A DNA stretch of 34,360 nucleotides from Atribacterota bacterium (GCA_038203565.1 JBBRDV010000010.1:1-34360), one strand, 5' to 3'; shown: positions 18,174-28,152, counted from the first letter of the stretch. A program made the numbers and translations. The notes: generated by a model from the letters alone, not told the origin.

Positions 18174-19145
18174 CTAAAAATCCTCCTGGTGTATTTTTTC
18201 ACCTAAGACAAATCCATACTTAGTTATTTTCTCTTTTATTTCATCTAAAGATTTCTTTCCTAAATTCTTTATCTTTATAACTTCCATCGGAGAGTAGTTA
18301 ACTAAATCTCTCAATGTATTTATCTTGGATTTTTTTAGGCAATTATACGAGCGAACTGAAAAATCTAGTTCTTCAATGCTTTTATTTAAGATTTTTTCTT
18401 TTTCGTTATTTTCTTTTTCTTCTTTTGAAATAAGTTCGCCCTCTAATTCGACATCTTCGGGAGAAAACTTAGTAAATATCTTTAAATATTTAATCAATAT
18501 ATTTGCTGATTTACTCAAAGCTTCATCGGGTAAAATGCTTTTATTAGTAAATATTTCCAAAGTTAATTTTTCGTAATTAGAAAATTGACTCAGACTGGCA
18601 GTGTCCACATCATAGCGGACCTTAGTAATAGGTGAAAAAAAAGAATCAACAAAGATGGTATCTACTGGTTGATCCGATTTTTTATTTTTTTCAGAGAGGA
18701 AGTAACCCATTCCTTTTTCAACTACTATCTCCATATATAGTTTGGCATTGCCATTTAAAGTAGCTAGCTTTAAATCAGGATTAAGTATTTCTACATTAAT
18801 ATTGGGGGTTATGTCTGCTGCAGTCACTGTTTTTTTGCCTTTTGCCTTTAATTTCAAAATCTGTGGTTCATCGGCAAATATTTTAACTACTAATTCCTTA
18901 ATATTTAAAATTATTTCAATTACATCTTCTTTAACTCCTGTAATAGTATCAAACTCGTGGGTAATTCCTTCAATTCTAATAGCAGTTGCAGCTGCTCCCC
19001 ACATAGAAGATAATAATGTTCTTCTAAGAGAATTGCCTAAAGTAACACCATAACCTTTTTCTAATGGTTCTATGATAAACTTACCATAATTATCTGATAA
19101 ATTTTCCACTTTAATTTTTATATTATTAATATCCATTACCTTCAA
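18174..19145 (-). CDS. rpoA: RNA polymerase subunit alpha
   Basis: EPLEKGYGVTLGNSLRR.LLSS, HEF..I.GV.EDV and SVRSYNCLK motifs. Confidence 0.98.
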   Translation of the reverse strand: MKVMDINNIKIKVENLSDNYGKFIIEPLEKGYGVTLGNSLRRTLLSSMWGAAATAIRIEGITHEFDTITGVKEDVIEIILNIKELVVKIFADEPQILKLKAKGKKTVTAADITPNINVEILNPDLKLATLNGNAKLYMEIVVEKGMGYFLSEKNKKSDQPVDTIFVDSFFSPITKVRYDVDTASLSQFSNYEKLTLEIFTNKSILPDEALSKSANILIKYLKIFTKFSPEDVELEGELISKEEKENNEKEKILNKSIEELDFSVRSYNCLKKSKINTLRDLVNYSPMEVIKIKNLGKKSLDEIKEKITKYGFVLGEKIHQEDF

Positions 19146-19181
19146 TGCTCTCCTTCTTTAGGTATAGGAAACCCAAATATA

Positions 19182-19814
19182 TTATCGAGAATAATATTCA
19201 ACTACTAATTTTTCCTCTACCGGTAAATTTAATTCTTCTTTAGAAGGAAATTTTATTATCTTTCCTTTTAAGTTCTCAAAATCAAACTCTAACCAGGAGG
19301 GAATACTAACCTCTATCTTCCCTTCTTTAATTTCTTTAATATTTTCGATATTTCCGCTCTTTTTTTTGATCTCAATCACATCATTGATATCAAGCTGATA
19401 AGAGGGTATATTCACTTTTTTTCCATTAACTAGTATATGTGAATGCAGGACCAATTGTCGAGCGTGGGCTCTTGATTTAGTAATACCAAATCGATAAACT
19501 ATATTATCCAATCTCCTTTCTAGCAATTCCAAGAAATTTTCTCCAGTAACGCCTTTTTTCTTTTCAGCTTTTTTAAAAAGATTTTTGAATTGCTTTTCCA
19601 ATAAGCCATAATACTTTCTAAGTTTCTGTTTTTCTCTTAATCTTACGCCATAGGTAGATAATTTTCTTATCCTTGTCTTTTTTACATTTTTACCGGGTAA
19701 CGAAGCACCTTTTTCTATTGGACATTTATTAGAATAACACCTATCTCCTTTTAAAAATAACTTCACTGTTTCTCTGCGGCACAATTTACATACCGCCCCT
19801 GTATATCTTGCCAT
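19182..19814 (-). CDS. rpsD: 30S ribosomal protein S4 (Cys-containing, zinc-type)
   Basis: MARYTG..CKLCRR, LERRLDN and C-terminal EYYSR; start set at MARY after a GGGGAGG RBS. Confidence 0.98.
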   Translation of the reverse strand: MARYTGAVCKLCRRETVKLFLKGDRCYSNKCPIEKGASLPGKNVKKTRIRKLSTYGVRLREKQKLRKYYGLLEKQFKNLFKKAEKKKGVTGENFLELLERRLDNIVYRFGITKSRAHARQLVLHSHILVNGKKVNIPSYQLDINDVIEIKKKSGNIENIKEIKEGKIEVSIPSWLEFDFENLKGKIIKFPSKEELNLPVEEKLVVEYYSR

Positions 19815-19869
19815 ATATAACAATAACCTCCCCACTTTCTTAAAACTTTATAATAGAAAATTTTAACTT

Positions 19870-19993
19870 AAATTAGTTAACTGGTTTAATAGTTAGCTAA
19901 TTAGCTAGTTTAATACTAATAATTCATTTATTAATTAACCATTAACCAGCTAACAAATTTATCTTGCATTTTATATTTGAAACTAACGACTAA
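19870..19993. repeat. Inverted octamer-like arrays plus a CTAACGA unit
   Basis: attagtta actggttt aatagtta gcta.. facing taaccatt aaccagct aac; actaacgactaat directly after the rpsK stop. Confidence 0.6.
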
Positions 19994-19994
19994 T

Positions 19995-20390
19995 TTATAT
20001 CCTTCTTTGTTTTGGGGGTCTGCAACCGTTATGTGGAATTGGGGTAACATCCTTAATCATATTAACTTTTAAACCTACTGCCTGTAAAGATCTAATTGCT
20101 GTTTCTCGCCCTGGACCAGGACCTTTTACTAATACGTCCACTTCTTTTAATCCTTGATCCATAGCTTTTTTAGCCACCGCTTCAGCGGTTATTTGAGCAG
20201 CAAAAGACGTACTTTTTTTACTTCCTTTATAACCCATACTCCCCGCACTAGACCAAGCAATTACATTGCCCTCTCCATCTGTAATGGTGACTATAGTATT
20301 GTTAAAAGTAGATTGGATATGAACTACTCCTAAAACTATATTTCTTTTTATTTTCTTTTTGGTCTTCTGTATTTTTTTCTTATTAGCCAA
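19995..20390 (-). CDS. rpsK: 30S ribosomal protein S11
   Basis: [16 protein letters not shown] and [13 protein letters not shown] motifs. Confidence 0.98.
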   Translation of the reverse strand: MANKKKIQKTKKKIKRNIVLGVVHIQSTFNNTIVTITDGEGNVIAWSSAGSMGYKGSKKSTSFAAQITAEAVAKKAMDQGLKEVDVLVKGPGPGRETAIRSLQAVGLKVNMIKDVTPIPHNGCRPPKQRRI

Positions 20391-20419
20391 TTAAATTCTC
20401 CTTTCAGTATCTTTAGATA

Positions 20420-20797
20420 TTACATACTTTTCTTTTTTCTTGCTCCTACTGTTCTCCTGGGCCCTTTCCTGGTTCTCGCATTAGTTTTAGTTCTTTGACC
20501 CCTCACCGGCAATCCCTTTCGATGTCTTAGACCTCTATATGAACCTATATCCATAAGCCTTTTTATAGAGGTGGTAATTTCACTTCTACATTCTCCTTCT
20601 ACTTTATAATTTTTGTCAATAATTCCCTTTATCTTATTTATCTCTTCTTCGGTTAGATCTTTTGCCCTGGTATCCAAATTCACTTTTGATTCCTTTAATA
20701 TGGAACGAGCGCTGGTAATGCCAATTCCATAGATATAAGTTAAAGCATATTCTATTCTCTTATTTCTAGGTAAATCTACTCCGGCTATTCTGGCCAT
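20420..20797 (-). CDS. rpsM: 30S ribosomal protein S13
   Basis: [10 protein letters not shown] and [18 protein letters not shown] motifs. Confidence 0.98.
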   Translation of the reverse strand: MARIAGVDLPRNKRIEYALTYIYGIGITSARSILKESKVNLDTRAKDLTEEEINKIKGIIDKNYKVEGECRSEITTSIKRLMDIGSYRGLRHRKGLPVRGQRTKTNARTRKGPRRTVGARKKKSM

Positions 20798-20821
20798 ATC
20801 TCAATATATCCTCCTTTAAAA

Positions 20822-20938
20822 TTATTTCCCCTGTCTCTGTTTGTGCTTTGGATTATTACAAATTACTCTTATTTTACCTTTTCTTTTTATTATTTTGCAT
20901 TTTGCACACATTTTTTTGACTGATGACCTTACTTTCAT
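20822..20938 (-). CDS. rpmJ: 50S ribosomal protein L36 (zinc-ribbon type); not in the ORF track
   Basis: Hand translation [46 protein letters not shown]; lies between infA and rpsM. Confidence 0.97.
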   Translation of the reverse strand: MKVRSSVKKMCAKCKIIKRKGKIRVICNNPKHKQRQGK

Positions 20939-20959
20939 TTATTTCCTTCCTCCATGAAA

Positions 20960-21124
20960 TAGTATATCGCATTTCGTATATAGTATATCGGAAAAAATCA
21001 TTACACCTAATTCTTAATAACAATACTCTCTGGGGACGATTCTCACTATATTGCATATCATAAAATTATATCACAAAAGTGCGGTGCCTAATACGATATA
21101 CGAAATACGACATACAATATACTA
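20960..21124. repeat. Inverted heptamer-array pair around a unique spacer of about 98 bp
   Basis: Left arm tagtata tcgcatt tcgtata tagtata tcgg; right arm aatacga tatacga aatacga catacaa tatacta. Confidence 0.85.
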
Positions 21125-21126
21125 AA

Positions 21127-21345
21127 TTATAATCTATATACAATTCTACCTTGGGTCAAATCATAAGGTGACATTTCAACTTTCACTCTGTCTCCAGGTA
21201 ATATTCTAATAAAATGCATCCTGATTTTACCTGAAATGTGGGCTAATATTTCGTAACCATTTTCCAGTTCAACCCGAAAAGTAGCATTTGGCAAGGATTT
21301 AATTACTTTGCCTTGCATTTCTATGCACTTTTCTTTTACCATCAA
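21127..21345 (-). CDS. infA: Translation initiation factor IF-1
   Basis: [27 protein letters not shown] and SPYDL motifs; start is TTG 21345 or ATG 21342. Confidence 0.98.
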   Translation of the reverse strand: MMVKEKCIEMQGKVIKSLPNATFRVELENGYEILAHISGKIRMHFIRILPGDRVKVEMSPYDLTQGRIVYRL

Positions 21346-21399
21346 TTATTCCTCCGCTTAAATTCTTTTTACTCAAACCATCTGTAAACTGCAAATTAT

Positions 21400-22158
21400 T
21401 TAAAGATTAGTTAATATTTCGTTGCCATCTGCAGTTATAGCTATAGAATGTTCAAAATGTGCTGATCGGCTTCCGTCTTCTGTCACAACTGTCCATCCAT
21501 TATTACAAAGTTTTGTTTTATAACCGCCCATATTTACCATAGGTTCAAGTGCTAACACCATCCCCTCTTCCAACCTTAAACCAGTATGAGAAACACCATA
21601 ATTAGGTATTTGTGGTTCTTCGTGTAAATAACAACCCACTCCGTGGCCTACATATTCTCTTACTACAGAAAAATGTGATTTTTCCACTGTTTCCTGGATG
21701 ACAAAAGAAATATCACCTAATCTGTTACCTATAATGGCTTTTTCTATACCTTTATACAAAGATTTTTTGGTTACTTCTAAAAGTTTTTGTTCTTTTGGTC
21801 CTATTCTTCCTACCGGAACTGTAATCGCAGTATCTCCATAGTAACCTTCTAAATTTGTTCCAATATCTATACTTACAATATCCCCTTCTCTTAATCTTCT
21901 TTTTCCAGGAATACCGTGAACCACTTCTTCATTTATAGAAACACATATAGAATGCTGGAATTCATTTTTTTCTATTCTATAACCTTTAAATGCAGGTTTT
22001 GCTCCATGTTTTATTATATACTCCTCAGCAATTCTATCCAACTCTAAAGTAGTAATTCCCTCTTTTATATTTTCTAATATTTTATTTAAGGCACTTGCTG
22101 CTAATTTACAACTCTTTCTTATGCATTTAATTTCTTCGTGAGACTTTAAAATTACCAT
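21400..22158 (-). CDS. map: Methionine aminopeptidase type I
   Basis: C.SINEEVVHGIP, GHGVG..LHEEP, EPM and SAHFEH motifs. Confidence 0.97.
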   Translation of the reverse strand: MVILKSHEEIKCIRKSCKLAASALNKILENIKEGITTLELDRIAEEYIIKHGAKPAFKGYRIEKNEFQHSICVSINEEVVHGIPGKRRLREGDIVSIDIGTNLEGYYGDTAITVPVGRIGPKEQKLLEVTKKSLYKGIEKAIIGNRLGDISFVIQETVEKSHFSVVREYVGHGVGCYLHEEPQIPNYGVSHTGLRLEEGMVLALEPMVNMGGYKTKLCNNGWTVVTEDGSRSAHFEHSIAITADGNEILTNL

Positions 22159-22162
22159 TAAT

Positions 22163-22813
22163 CTATTTGTTCATTCCTCGTAAAACTTTCTTGATCGCTA
22201 AAAAAGCATTCTCACTTAAATTAGCATCTATCACTTTTAGTAATTTTTTTTCTCTATAATATTTTTTTAAAGGTATCGTTTGTTTAGCAAATACTTCCAA
22301 TCTATTCGTTATAGTCTCTTCTTTATCATCCTCTCGTTGATACAACTCTCCACTGCAAATTTCACAGGTACTATCTTTTTTAGAAGGATTAAATAACAAA
22401 TTGTAATTAGTGCTACATTTCTTACACACTCTACGGTTAGATAACCTTTGTATTATTTCAGAAAAAGGAATCTCAAAGTAAAATACATAATCAACATATT
22501 CGTTGAGCTCTTTATTTAATTTCTCTAATGAATTAGCCTGTTCAATATTTCGAGGAAAGCCATCAAAGATATAACCATTTTTACAATCTTCCTGCTTTAT
22601 TCTTTCTTTTATTATTTCCAGAATAATATGATCAGGCACTAACCCTCCTTTTCTCATAATATTCTCCGCTTCTATGCCCAGCTTATTCTTTTTATCTACT
22701 GCTTCTCTTAAGATTACTCCTGTTGAAATTACCGGAATATTGAATTCTGCCTGCAACCTTTTTGCTACCGTTCCTTTTCCTCCACCTGGAGGACCTAACA
22801 AGATTAACCTCAT
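22163..22813 (-). CDS. adk: Adenylate kinase with CxxC/CxxC zinc LID
   Basis: GPPGGGKGT, DGFPR, CKKC...CEIC and QREDD motifs. Confidence 0.97.
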   Translation of the reverse strand: MRLILLGPPGGGKGTVAKRLQAEFNIPVISTGVILREAVDKKNKLGIEAENIMRKGGLVPDHIILEIIKERIKQEDCKNGYIFDGFPRNIEQANSLEKLNKELNEYVDYVFYFEIPFSEIIQRLSNRRVCKKCSTNYNLLFNPSKKDSTCEICSGELYQREDDKEETITNRLEVFAKQTIPLKKYYREKKLLKVIDANLSENAFLAIKKVLRGMNK

Positions 22814-22879
22814 AACTTTCCCTTTCTTTTAAATCATTAATACAACTTTAATTAGTCGTTAGTCCAGATACAACTGAAA

Positions 22880-24148
22880 CTATTTCTTAATAAATCCTTC
22901 ATAATGCCTCATTAACATGTGTGATTCTATTTGTTGAACAGTCTCTAAAGCCACTCCTACCATAATTAGCAAAGATGTTCCCCCGAAATAGAAAGTAGTA
23001 ATTCCTGTAATTTTTATTAAAATATTAGGTAGGATAGCTATTATGGCCAAAAACAATGCACCACTTAGTGTAATTCGAGTCATTATATGATCAATGTAGA
23101 TAGTAGTATTTTTTCCTGGTCTTATTCCGGGGATAAAACCTCCATATTTTTTCATATTGTCCGCCATATTGGCAGGATTGAAGGTAATTGCTGTATAAAA
23201 GAAAGTAAACACTATAATTAATATAGCATACAAAATTAGATATAATGGCTGTCCCGGTGAAAGAGCATTAGACATACTTTTCATAAAAGCTATATTTTGA
23301 AAAAATTGTGCAAGAGTAGCTGGAAAAAGTAATATTGCGGAGGCAAATATTATCGGTATAACTCCAGCTTGATTTACACGTAAGGGAATATGTGTCCCTT
23401 GTCCACCATACATTCTACGTCCTATTACTCTTTTTGCATATTGAACCGGTATTCTTCTCTGGCCTTTTTGAATAGCAATAACTCCTCCAATAACAACTAT
23501 AGAAACACCAATTAAAATTATTATCGGTAAAATTCCAATTTCTCCAACTTGCAAAAGTTTGCCGGTTTGCACAAGATCGGAAGGAATTCTGGCAATAATT
23601 CCAGCAAAAATAATTATAGAAATACCATTACCAATACCAAAATCAGTAATCTGTTCACCTAACCACATTAAAAAACAAGTTCCGGCTGTAAGGGTAATTA
23701 CCAATAAGAATCTAAAACCAAATCCTGAAATCATCAACACACCCATATTTTGCAGCCAAACACTTATTCCAAAAGCCTGGACAATGGCTAAAAATATTGT
23801 TGCATAACGAGTAATTTTAGTTATTCTATCCCTGCCTTCTTCCCCTTCCTTAGCCCATTGTTCTAAAATAGGAACTACAGATTGCAAAAGACTCATAATA
23901 ATAGATGCATTAATATAGGGCATTATTCCTAAAGCAAAAACTGAAAAACGACTTAATGCCCCTCCGGCGAATAGGTCAAAAAAACCTAATATTCCGCCTT
24001 GAGCAAATAGATTAGCCATTGCTTCTTTATCTATGCCTGGTAAAGGTAGATGACTCCCCAGTCTAACCACAACTAACATTCCCAAGGTAAAAATTAATCT
24101 TCTCTTTAAATCCGGTATTTTAAATAAATTACGTAAAGTGTCTAACAA
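22880..24148 (-). CDS. secY: Preprotein translocase SecY
   Basis: FALGIMPYINASII, GIGNGIS, AGVIPIIFA and IPGIRPG motifs. Confidence 0.98.
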   Translation of the reverse strand: MLDTLRNLFKIPDLKRRLIFTLGMLVVVRLGSHLPLPGIDKEAMANLFAQGGILGFFDLFAGGALSRFSVFALGIMPYINASIIMSLLQSVVPILEQWAKEGEEGRDRITKITRYATIFLAIVQAFGISVWLQNMGVLMISGFGFRFLLVITLTAGTCFLMWLGEQITDFGIGNGISIIIFAGIIARIPSDLVQTGKLLQVGEIGILPIIILIGVSIVVIGGVIAIQKGQRRIPVQYAKRVIGRRMYGGQGTHIPLRVNQAGVIPIIFASAILLFPATLAQFFQNIAFMKSMSNALSPGQPLYLILYAILIIVFTFFYTAITFNPANMADNMKKYGGFIPGIRPGKNTTIYIDHIMTRITLSGALFLAIIAILPNILIKITGITTFYFGGTSLLIMVGVALETVQQIESHMLMRHYEGFIKK

Positions 24149-24589
24149 TTATACCACCTCTATCTTCCCACCAACTGATTCAATCTCGTTTATCGCTTTC
24201 TGACTAAATTTATTTGCTTTGATAGTTAATTTCTTATTTAAGTTACCTTTAGCTAATATTTTTACTCCATGATTTACTTTTTTTATAATTCCCTTATTAA
24301 TTAATTCTGTCTGGGAAACTATATCACCATCTTCAAATATATTTAATCGTCCAATATTTACGATGTTATAATTTTTTTTGAATATACTGGTAAAGCCCCT
24401 TTTGGGAACTCTTCTATAGAGAGGCATCTGACCACCTTCGAAACCCGGTCTGACTCCACCACCCGAACGAGAATTTTGCCCCTTTGACCCTCGGCAGGAA
24501 GTAAAACCATGGCCTGAGCTGCAACCTCTCCCTAGTCTTTTGCGCTTTTTAACTGATTTAGGAGCCGGGTATAAATTATTTAATTTCAT
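24149..24589 (-). CDS. rplO: 50S ribosomal protein L15
   Basis: GRG..SG.G and [15 protein letters not shown] motifs. Confidence 0.98.
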   Translation of the reverse strand: MKLNNLYPAPKSVKKRKRLGRGCSSGHGFTSCRGSKGQNSRSGGGVRPGFEGGQMPLYRRVPKRGFTSIFKKNYNIVNIGRLNIFEDGDIVSQTELINKGIIKKVNHGVKILAKGNLNKKLTIKANKFSQKAINEIESVGGKIEVV

Positions 24590-25118
24590 TACTTGTTACC
24601 TCCCTTGGTTGTAATCGTTGGCTATACATTTCCAACACACTTTTTCCTCTTAATTTTGCTACGTTTTTTGCATCCTTTAAACTTACAAGAGCATCCATAG
24701 TAGCTTTGGCAATATTCAAATTATTATCACTTCCTAAGGATTTAGTTAAAATATTTTGATATCCTGCTGCTTCTAATATCGCTCGAACAGCACCACCAGC
24801 AATAACTCCGGTTCCAAGAGAGGCTGGTTTCATAAAAACCTTAGCAGCTCCATATTTTCCTATAATTGTATAAGGGATAGTTCCTTTTTTTATTCTTACT
24901 TTTATCAAACTCTTCTTTGCCTTTACCACCCCTTTTTTTATTGCCTCAGAAACGTCTTTGGCTTTTCCATGTCCTATGCCTACTATCCCTTCACCATTCC
25001 CTACGACCACCATAGCGGAAAAACCAAATCTCCTCCCACCTTTTACAACTTTACTTACCCTATTCACAAAAACAACCGTTTCGTTTAATTCCAAACCTTC
25101 AGGGTTTATTTTTAGCAC
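24576..25118 (-). CDS. rpsE: 30S ribosomal protein S5
   Basis: [13 protein letters not shown] and [11 protein letters not shown] motifs; overlaps rplO by 14 nt. Confidence 0.98.
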   Translation of the reverse strand: MLKINPEGLELNETVVFVNRVSKVVKGGRRFGFSAMVVVGNGEGIVGIGHGKAKDVSEAIKKGVVKAKKSLIKVRIKKGTIPYTIIGKYGAAKVFMKPASLGTGVIAGGAVRAILEAAGYQNILTKSLGSDNNLNIAKATMDALVSLKDAKNVAKLRGKSVLEMYSQRLQPREVTSNEIK

Positions 25119-25223
25119 TAATCCACCTCCTCTCCCATTTTTTCTTAATATAACTTCTGGTTCCCAATTTTTTTTTGCTAAATTTAGCTTATTTCTGAAT
25201 TTATATTAAATATCTTTTTTAAA

Positions 25224-25589
25224 TTAAAAAACTATCTTTCCTTTTCTAGTATTCTCTGCTACAGCCTTTACTCTGCCGTGATAGAGGTAACCTCCTCGAT
25301 CGAATACTACTTTTTTTATGCCCTTTTCCTCTAACTTTTTGGCTAGCAAGCTGCCAAGCATTTCAGCAGCCTTTATGTTTCCCTGATATTTTTCCTTCCC
25401 CCTTATTTCCGGGTTGAGTGTAGATAGAGAAACTAAAGTTATCCCTTTCCTATCATCAATTACCTGCGCATATATATGTTTTAAGCTTCTAAAAATACAT
25501 AATCGCGGCCTTTCACTACTACCGGATATATCTTTACGTACTCTTTTATGTCTTTTTATCCTTGCTAATCTTTTACTTATTTTAGCCAA
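25224..25589 (-). CDS. rplR: 50S ribosomal protein L18
   Basis: RPRL..FRS..HIYAQ and [12 protein letters not shown] motifs; start set at TTG 25589 from RBS spacing. Confidence 0.96.
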   Translation of the reverse strand: MAKISKRLARIKRHKRVRKDISGSSERPRLCIFRSLKHIYAQVIDDRKGITLVSLSTLNPEIRGKEKYQGNIKAAEMLGSLLAKKLEEKGIKKVVFDRGGYLYHGRVKAVAENTRKGKIVF

Positions 25590-25655
25590 TATTAGCACTC
25601 CTTTCCTATAAAATAGTTGTCAGTGAACAGTCGTTAAAAGTGTTATCTTGATTGA

Positions 25656-26195
25656 TTATTTTGCGCCAGTTTTACCAATTTTTCTTCTCACTACTTCATC
25701 AACATATCTTATTCCTTTTCCTTTGTAAGGTTCTGGTTTCCGCAATAATCTTATTTTAGCTGCAGTTTCACCTACTAGCTGTTTATCGATACCTTTTACT
25801 TTAATTATCTTCTGTTTTTCCACTTCAAATTCAATTCCTTTTGGTGGGTCAACATTTATGGGGTGAGAATAACCTAACTGAATAACCATTTTCCCACCAT
25901 CAAGAGCAGCTCGGTAGCCTACTCCCTGTATTTCCAAGGTTTTTTCAAAACCTGAAAACACACCTTCAATCATATTATTTATCAAACTTCTACTCAATCC
26001 ATGTAAAGATCTGTGAAATCTATCATCGGAAGGCCTGGAAACATAAATCTTGTCCTCTTCTACCTTTACCTGAATATCTGGATGAATCTTTATTTCTAAA
26101 GCACCTCTTTCTCCGGATACCTTTATCTTATTATTATTTAATTCAACTTTAACTCCTTTAGGAATAGTTATTGGCATCTTCCCTATCCTTGACAT
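25656..26195 (-). CDS. rplF: 50S ribosomal protein L6
   Basis: MSRIGK.P, GVGYRA, LGYSHP and PEPYKGKGIRY motifs. Confidence 0.98.
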   Translation of the reverse strand: MSRIGKMPITIPKGVKVELNNNKIKVSGERGALEIKIHPDIQVKVEEDKIYVSRPSDDRFHRSLHGLSRSLINNMIEGVFSGFEKTLEIQGVGYRAALDGGKMVIQLGYSHPINVDPPKGIEFEVEKQKIIKVKGIDKQLVGETAAKIRLLRKPEPYKGKGIRYVDEVVRRKIGKTGAK

Positions 26196-26211
26196 ATAAA
26201 ACCTCCCATTT

Positions 26212-26251
26212 TCGTATTGCGTATCGCGTATATCGTATCTCGTATTGCGAC
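26212..26251. repeat. NCGTATY heptamer array
   Basis: tcgtatt gcgtatc gcgtata tcgtatc tcgtatt gcgac, immediately upstream of the rplF RBS. Confidence 0.85.
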
Positions 26252-26296
26252 TTTGCCCTACTCCCTGTAAATATTATTAAGAGGAGGGTAAAAAAG

Positions 26297-26357
26297 CCTG
26301 CCCCTGAGAAAGCACCTGTCTGCGTGCAGGCGCGCACAGGCAGGCCGCACAGGCAGA
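26297..26357. mobile_element. Second CCTG...CAGG mini-element, probably nested in a degenerate copy
   Basis: cctgtctgcgtgca-ggcgc-gcacaggcagg (26315..26344) is flanked by cctgcccctgagaaagca and ccgcacaggcaga. Confidence 0.65.
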
Positions 26358-26413
26358 AAAGAAGCGATCTTCTGGATTCTAAATTTATTGCTATATACTA
26401 TAGAATAATTTAT

Positions 26414-26812
26414 TTACCAAATATAACAAATTACTTCTCCACCAAGATGACGCTGTAGAGCCTCTTTACCAGTCATTATACCCTTAGAGGTAGAAATTAT
26501 AGCGACCCCGAGACCACCCAATACTTCTGGTATCTCATCTTTTTTTGCATAGACTCTCAACCCAGGCTTGCTAATTCTTTTAAGATTATTAATAGTCTTT
26601 TCTTTATTAATATATTTTAAATAGATGGTCAATTGACCTTGTTTATTATCCTCTCTATATTTATAGTCTCTAATAAAACCTTCGTCTTTTAATATACGAG
26701 TAACTTCTAATTTTAACTTTGATGATGGTACAATTAAAGAATCATGCCGCACCTTGTTGGCATTTCTAATTCTAGTTAGCATATCAGCAACAGGATCCGT
26801 TACAACACTCAT
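26414..26812 (-). CDS. rpsH: 30S ribosomal protein S8
   Basis: [21 protein letters not shown] and GGEV motifs; start set at MSVVTD. Confidence 0.98.
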   Translation of the reverse strand: MSVVTDPVADMLTRIRNANKVRHDSLIVPSSKLKLEVTRILKDEGFIRDYKYREDNKQGQLTIYLKYINKEKTINNLKRISKPGLRVYAKKDEIPEVLGGLGVAIISTSKGIMTGKEALQRHLGGEVICYIW

Positions 26813-26874
26813 ATATAATATCCTCCTCTCTTTTAAATCCAACTCATTATAATAGATTTCGTTAAATATATCTT

Positions 26875-27060
26875 TTACCAGCTTGACTTAGTTATTCCTG
26901 GCAATTCTCCTCTGTGGGCCATTTGTCTAAAACATATTCTGCATATACCAAATTTCCGCATATAGCCTCGAGGTCTTCCGCAAATATTGCAACGAAAATA
27001 TTTCCTTACTTTATATCTGGGTTCTTTTTTAGCTTTTACTACTAGGGATGTTTTGGCCAC
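26875..27060 (-). CDS. rpsN: 30S ribosomal protein S14, short zinc-binding type
   Basis: RC.ICGR, CR.CFR and PG..KSSW motifs; 61 aa. Confidence 0.98.
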   Translation of the reverse strand: MAKTSLVVKAKKEPRYKVRKYFRCNICGRPRGYMRKFGICRICFRQMAHRGELPGITKSSW

Positions 27061-27103
27061 ACTATTTCCTCCTTTTTAGTACATAATATAACTTACTTAT
27101 AAC

Positions 27104-27249
27104 TTGTATATCGTATTGCGTATTGCGTAAAATTCAAAACTTATCATAAAACTGCTTGGGTACCCAGAATTTAGGAGCCAGGGATCTGGTTTCTGATTCC
27201 TAACTTTTTCACGATATACGAAATACGAGATACGCGATACGAAATATAC
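27104..27249. repeat. Inverted heptamer-array pair with an internal second-family inverted pair
   Basis: Left arm ttgtata tcgtatt gcgtatt gcgtaaa; right arm ttcacga tatacga aatacga gatacgc gatacga; inside, cagaatt taggagc cagg faces tctggtt tctgatt cctaact. Confidence 0.85.
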
Positions 27250-27250
27250 A

Positions 27251-27790
27251 CTATTTTTTAAAAGGAACACCCATTAATTCTAAAAGGGCTTTCCCTTCTT
27301 CATCATTTAAGGCACTTGTTACAATAGTAATATTCATTCCTAAAGTATTGGTTACCTGATCAAAATCTATCTCGGGAAAAATTAATTGTTCTTTTACACC
27401 TACAGTATAATTCCCTCTTCCATCAAAAGAATCAGAGGGAATACCTCTAAAATCTCGAATTCTGGCGATAGCTATATTAATAAATTTATCTAAGAATTCA
27501 TACATTCTATCACTCCGTAAGGTAACTTTGCAACCTACTGGCATATCCTTTCTAACTCCAAAGTTAGATATAGATTTTTTTGCCCGAGTAATGATAGGCC
27601 TTTGTCCGCTAATAACAGCTAATTCCTTTACTGCTTCATCCATAATTTTTGAATCTTTTGTAGCTCTTCCTAACCCGATATTAATTATTGTTTTCTGCAA
27701 TCTGGGAACAGCCATCACGCTTTTATATTTAAATTTTTTCATCATCTCTGGTACAACTTGTTTCAAATATTTATCTTTCAATCGGGGCAT
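27251..27790 (-). CDS. rplE: 50S ribosomal protein L5
   Basis: GCKVTLR, RIRDFRG, FDGRGNY and IFPEI motifs. Confidence 0.98.
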   Translation of the reverse strand: MPRLKDKYLKQVVPEMMKKFKYKSVMAVPRLQKTIINIGLGRATKDSKIMDEAVKELAVISGQRPIITRAKKSISNFGVRKDMPVGCKVTLRSDRMYEFLDKFINIAIARIRDFRGIPSDSFDGRGNYTVGVKEQLIFPEIDFDQVTNTLGMNITIVTSALNDEEGKALLELMGVPFKK

Positions 27791-27801
27791 AGTTCAACCT
27801 C

Positions 27802-28134
27802 CTAAACCTTATCTATTATTTCTCCGCATTTTTTACACACTCTCACTCTTTTACCCTCTTTAATTCTCTCTCTTCTAATGGCAGTAGGTGTATTACATTT
27901 ATTGCAAATTAATCTGATGTTAGAAGTATGCAATGCGCCTTCCTGCTTAACTATTCCGCCTTGAGGAACCTTTTGGGTGGGTTTAGAGTGTTTCTTTAAA
28001 AAATTAACACCTTCAACTATTACTTCCATCTTCTTGGGGAAAATACGAACAATTTTTCCTTTCTTTCCTTTATCTTCTCCAATGATAATTAATACTTTAT
28101 CACCTTTTCTAAAACTAACTTTATTGTTAACCAA
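27802..28134 (-). CDS. rplX: 50S ribosomal protein L24
   Basis: KOW motif GD.V.II.G.DKGK.G, VEGVN and GGI...E motifs. Confidence 0.97.
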   Translation of the reverse strand: MVNNKVSFRKGDKVLIIIGEDKGKKGKIVRIFPKKMEVIVEGVNFLKKHSKPTQKVPQGGIVKQEGALHTSNIRLICNKCNTPTAIRRERIKEGKRVRVCKKCGEIIDKV

Positions 28135-28152
28135 ATCGCTATCCCTCCCTTT

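Noticed and set aside
20874..21056. 60-aa minus-strand ORF
   Set aside because: It overlaps rpmJ out of frame and reads through a heptamer array (RYTIYEMRYTI is the translated repeat).
26171..26458. 95-aa plus-strand ORF across the rpsH-rplF spacer (similarly 33980..34168)
   Set aside because: It is a translation of repeats and overlaps the neighbouring ribosomal genes on the opposite strand; no evidence it is a cargo gene.
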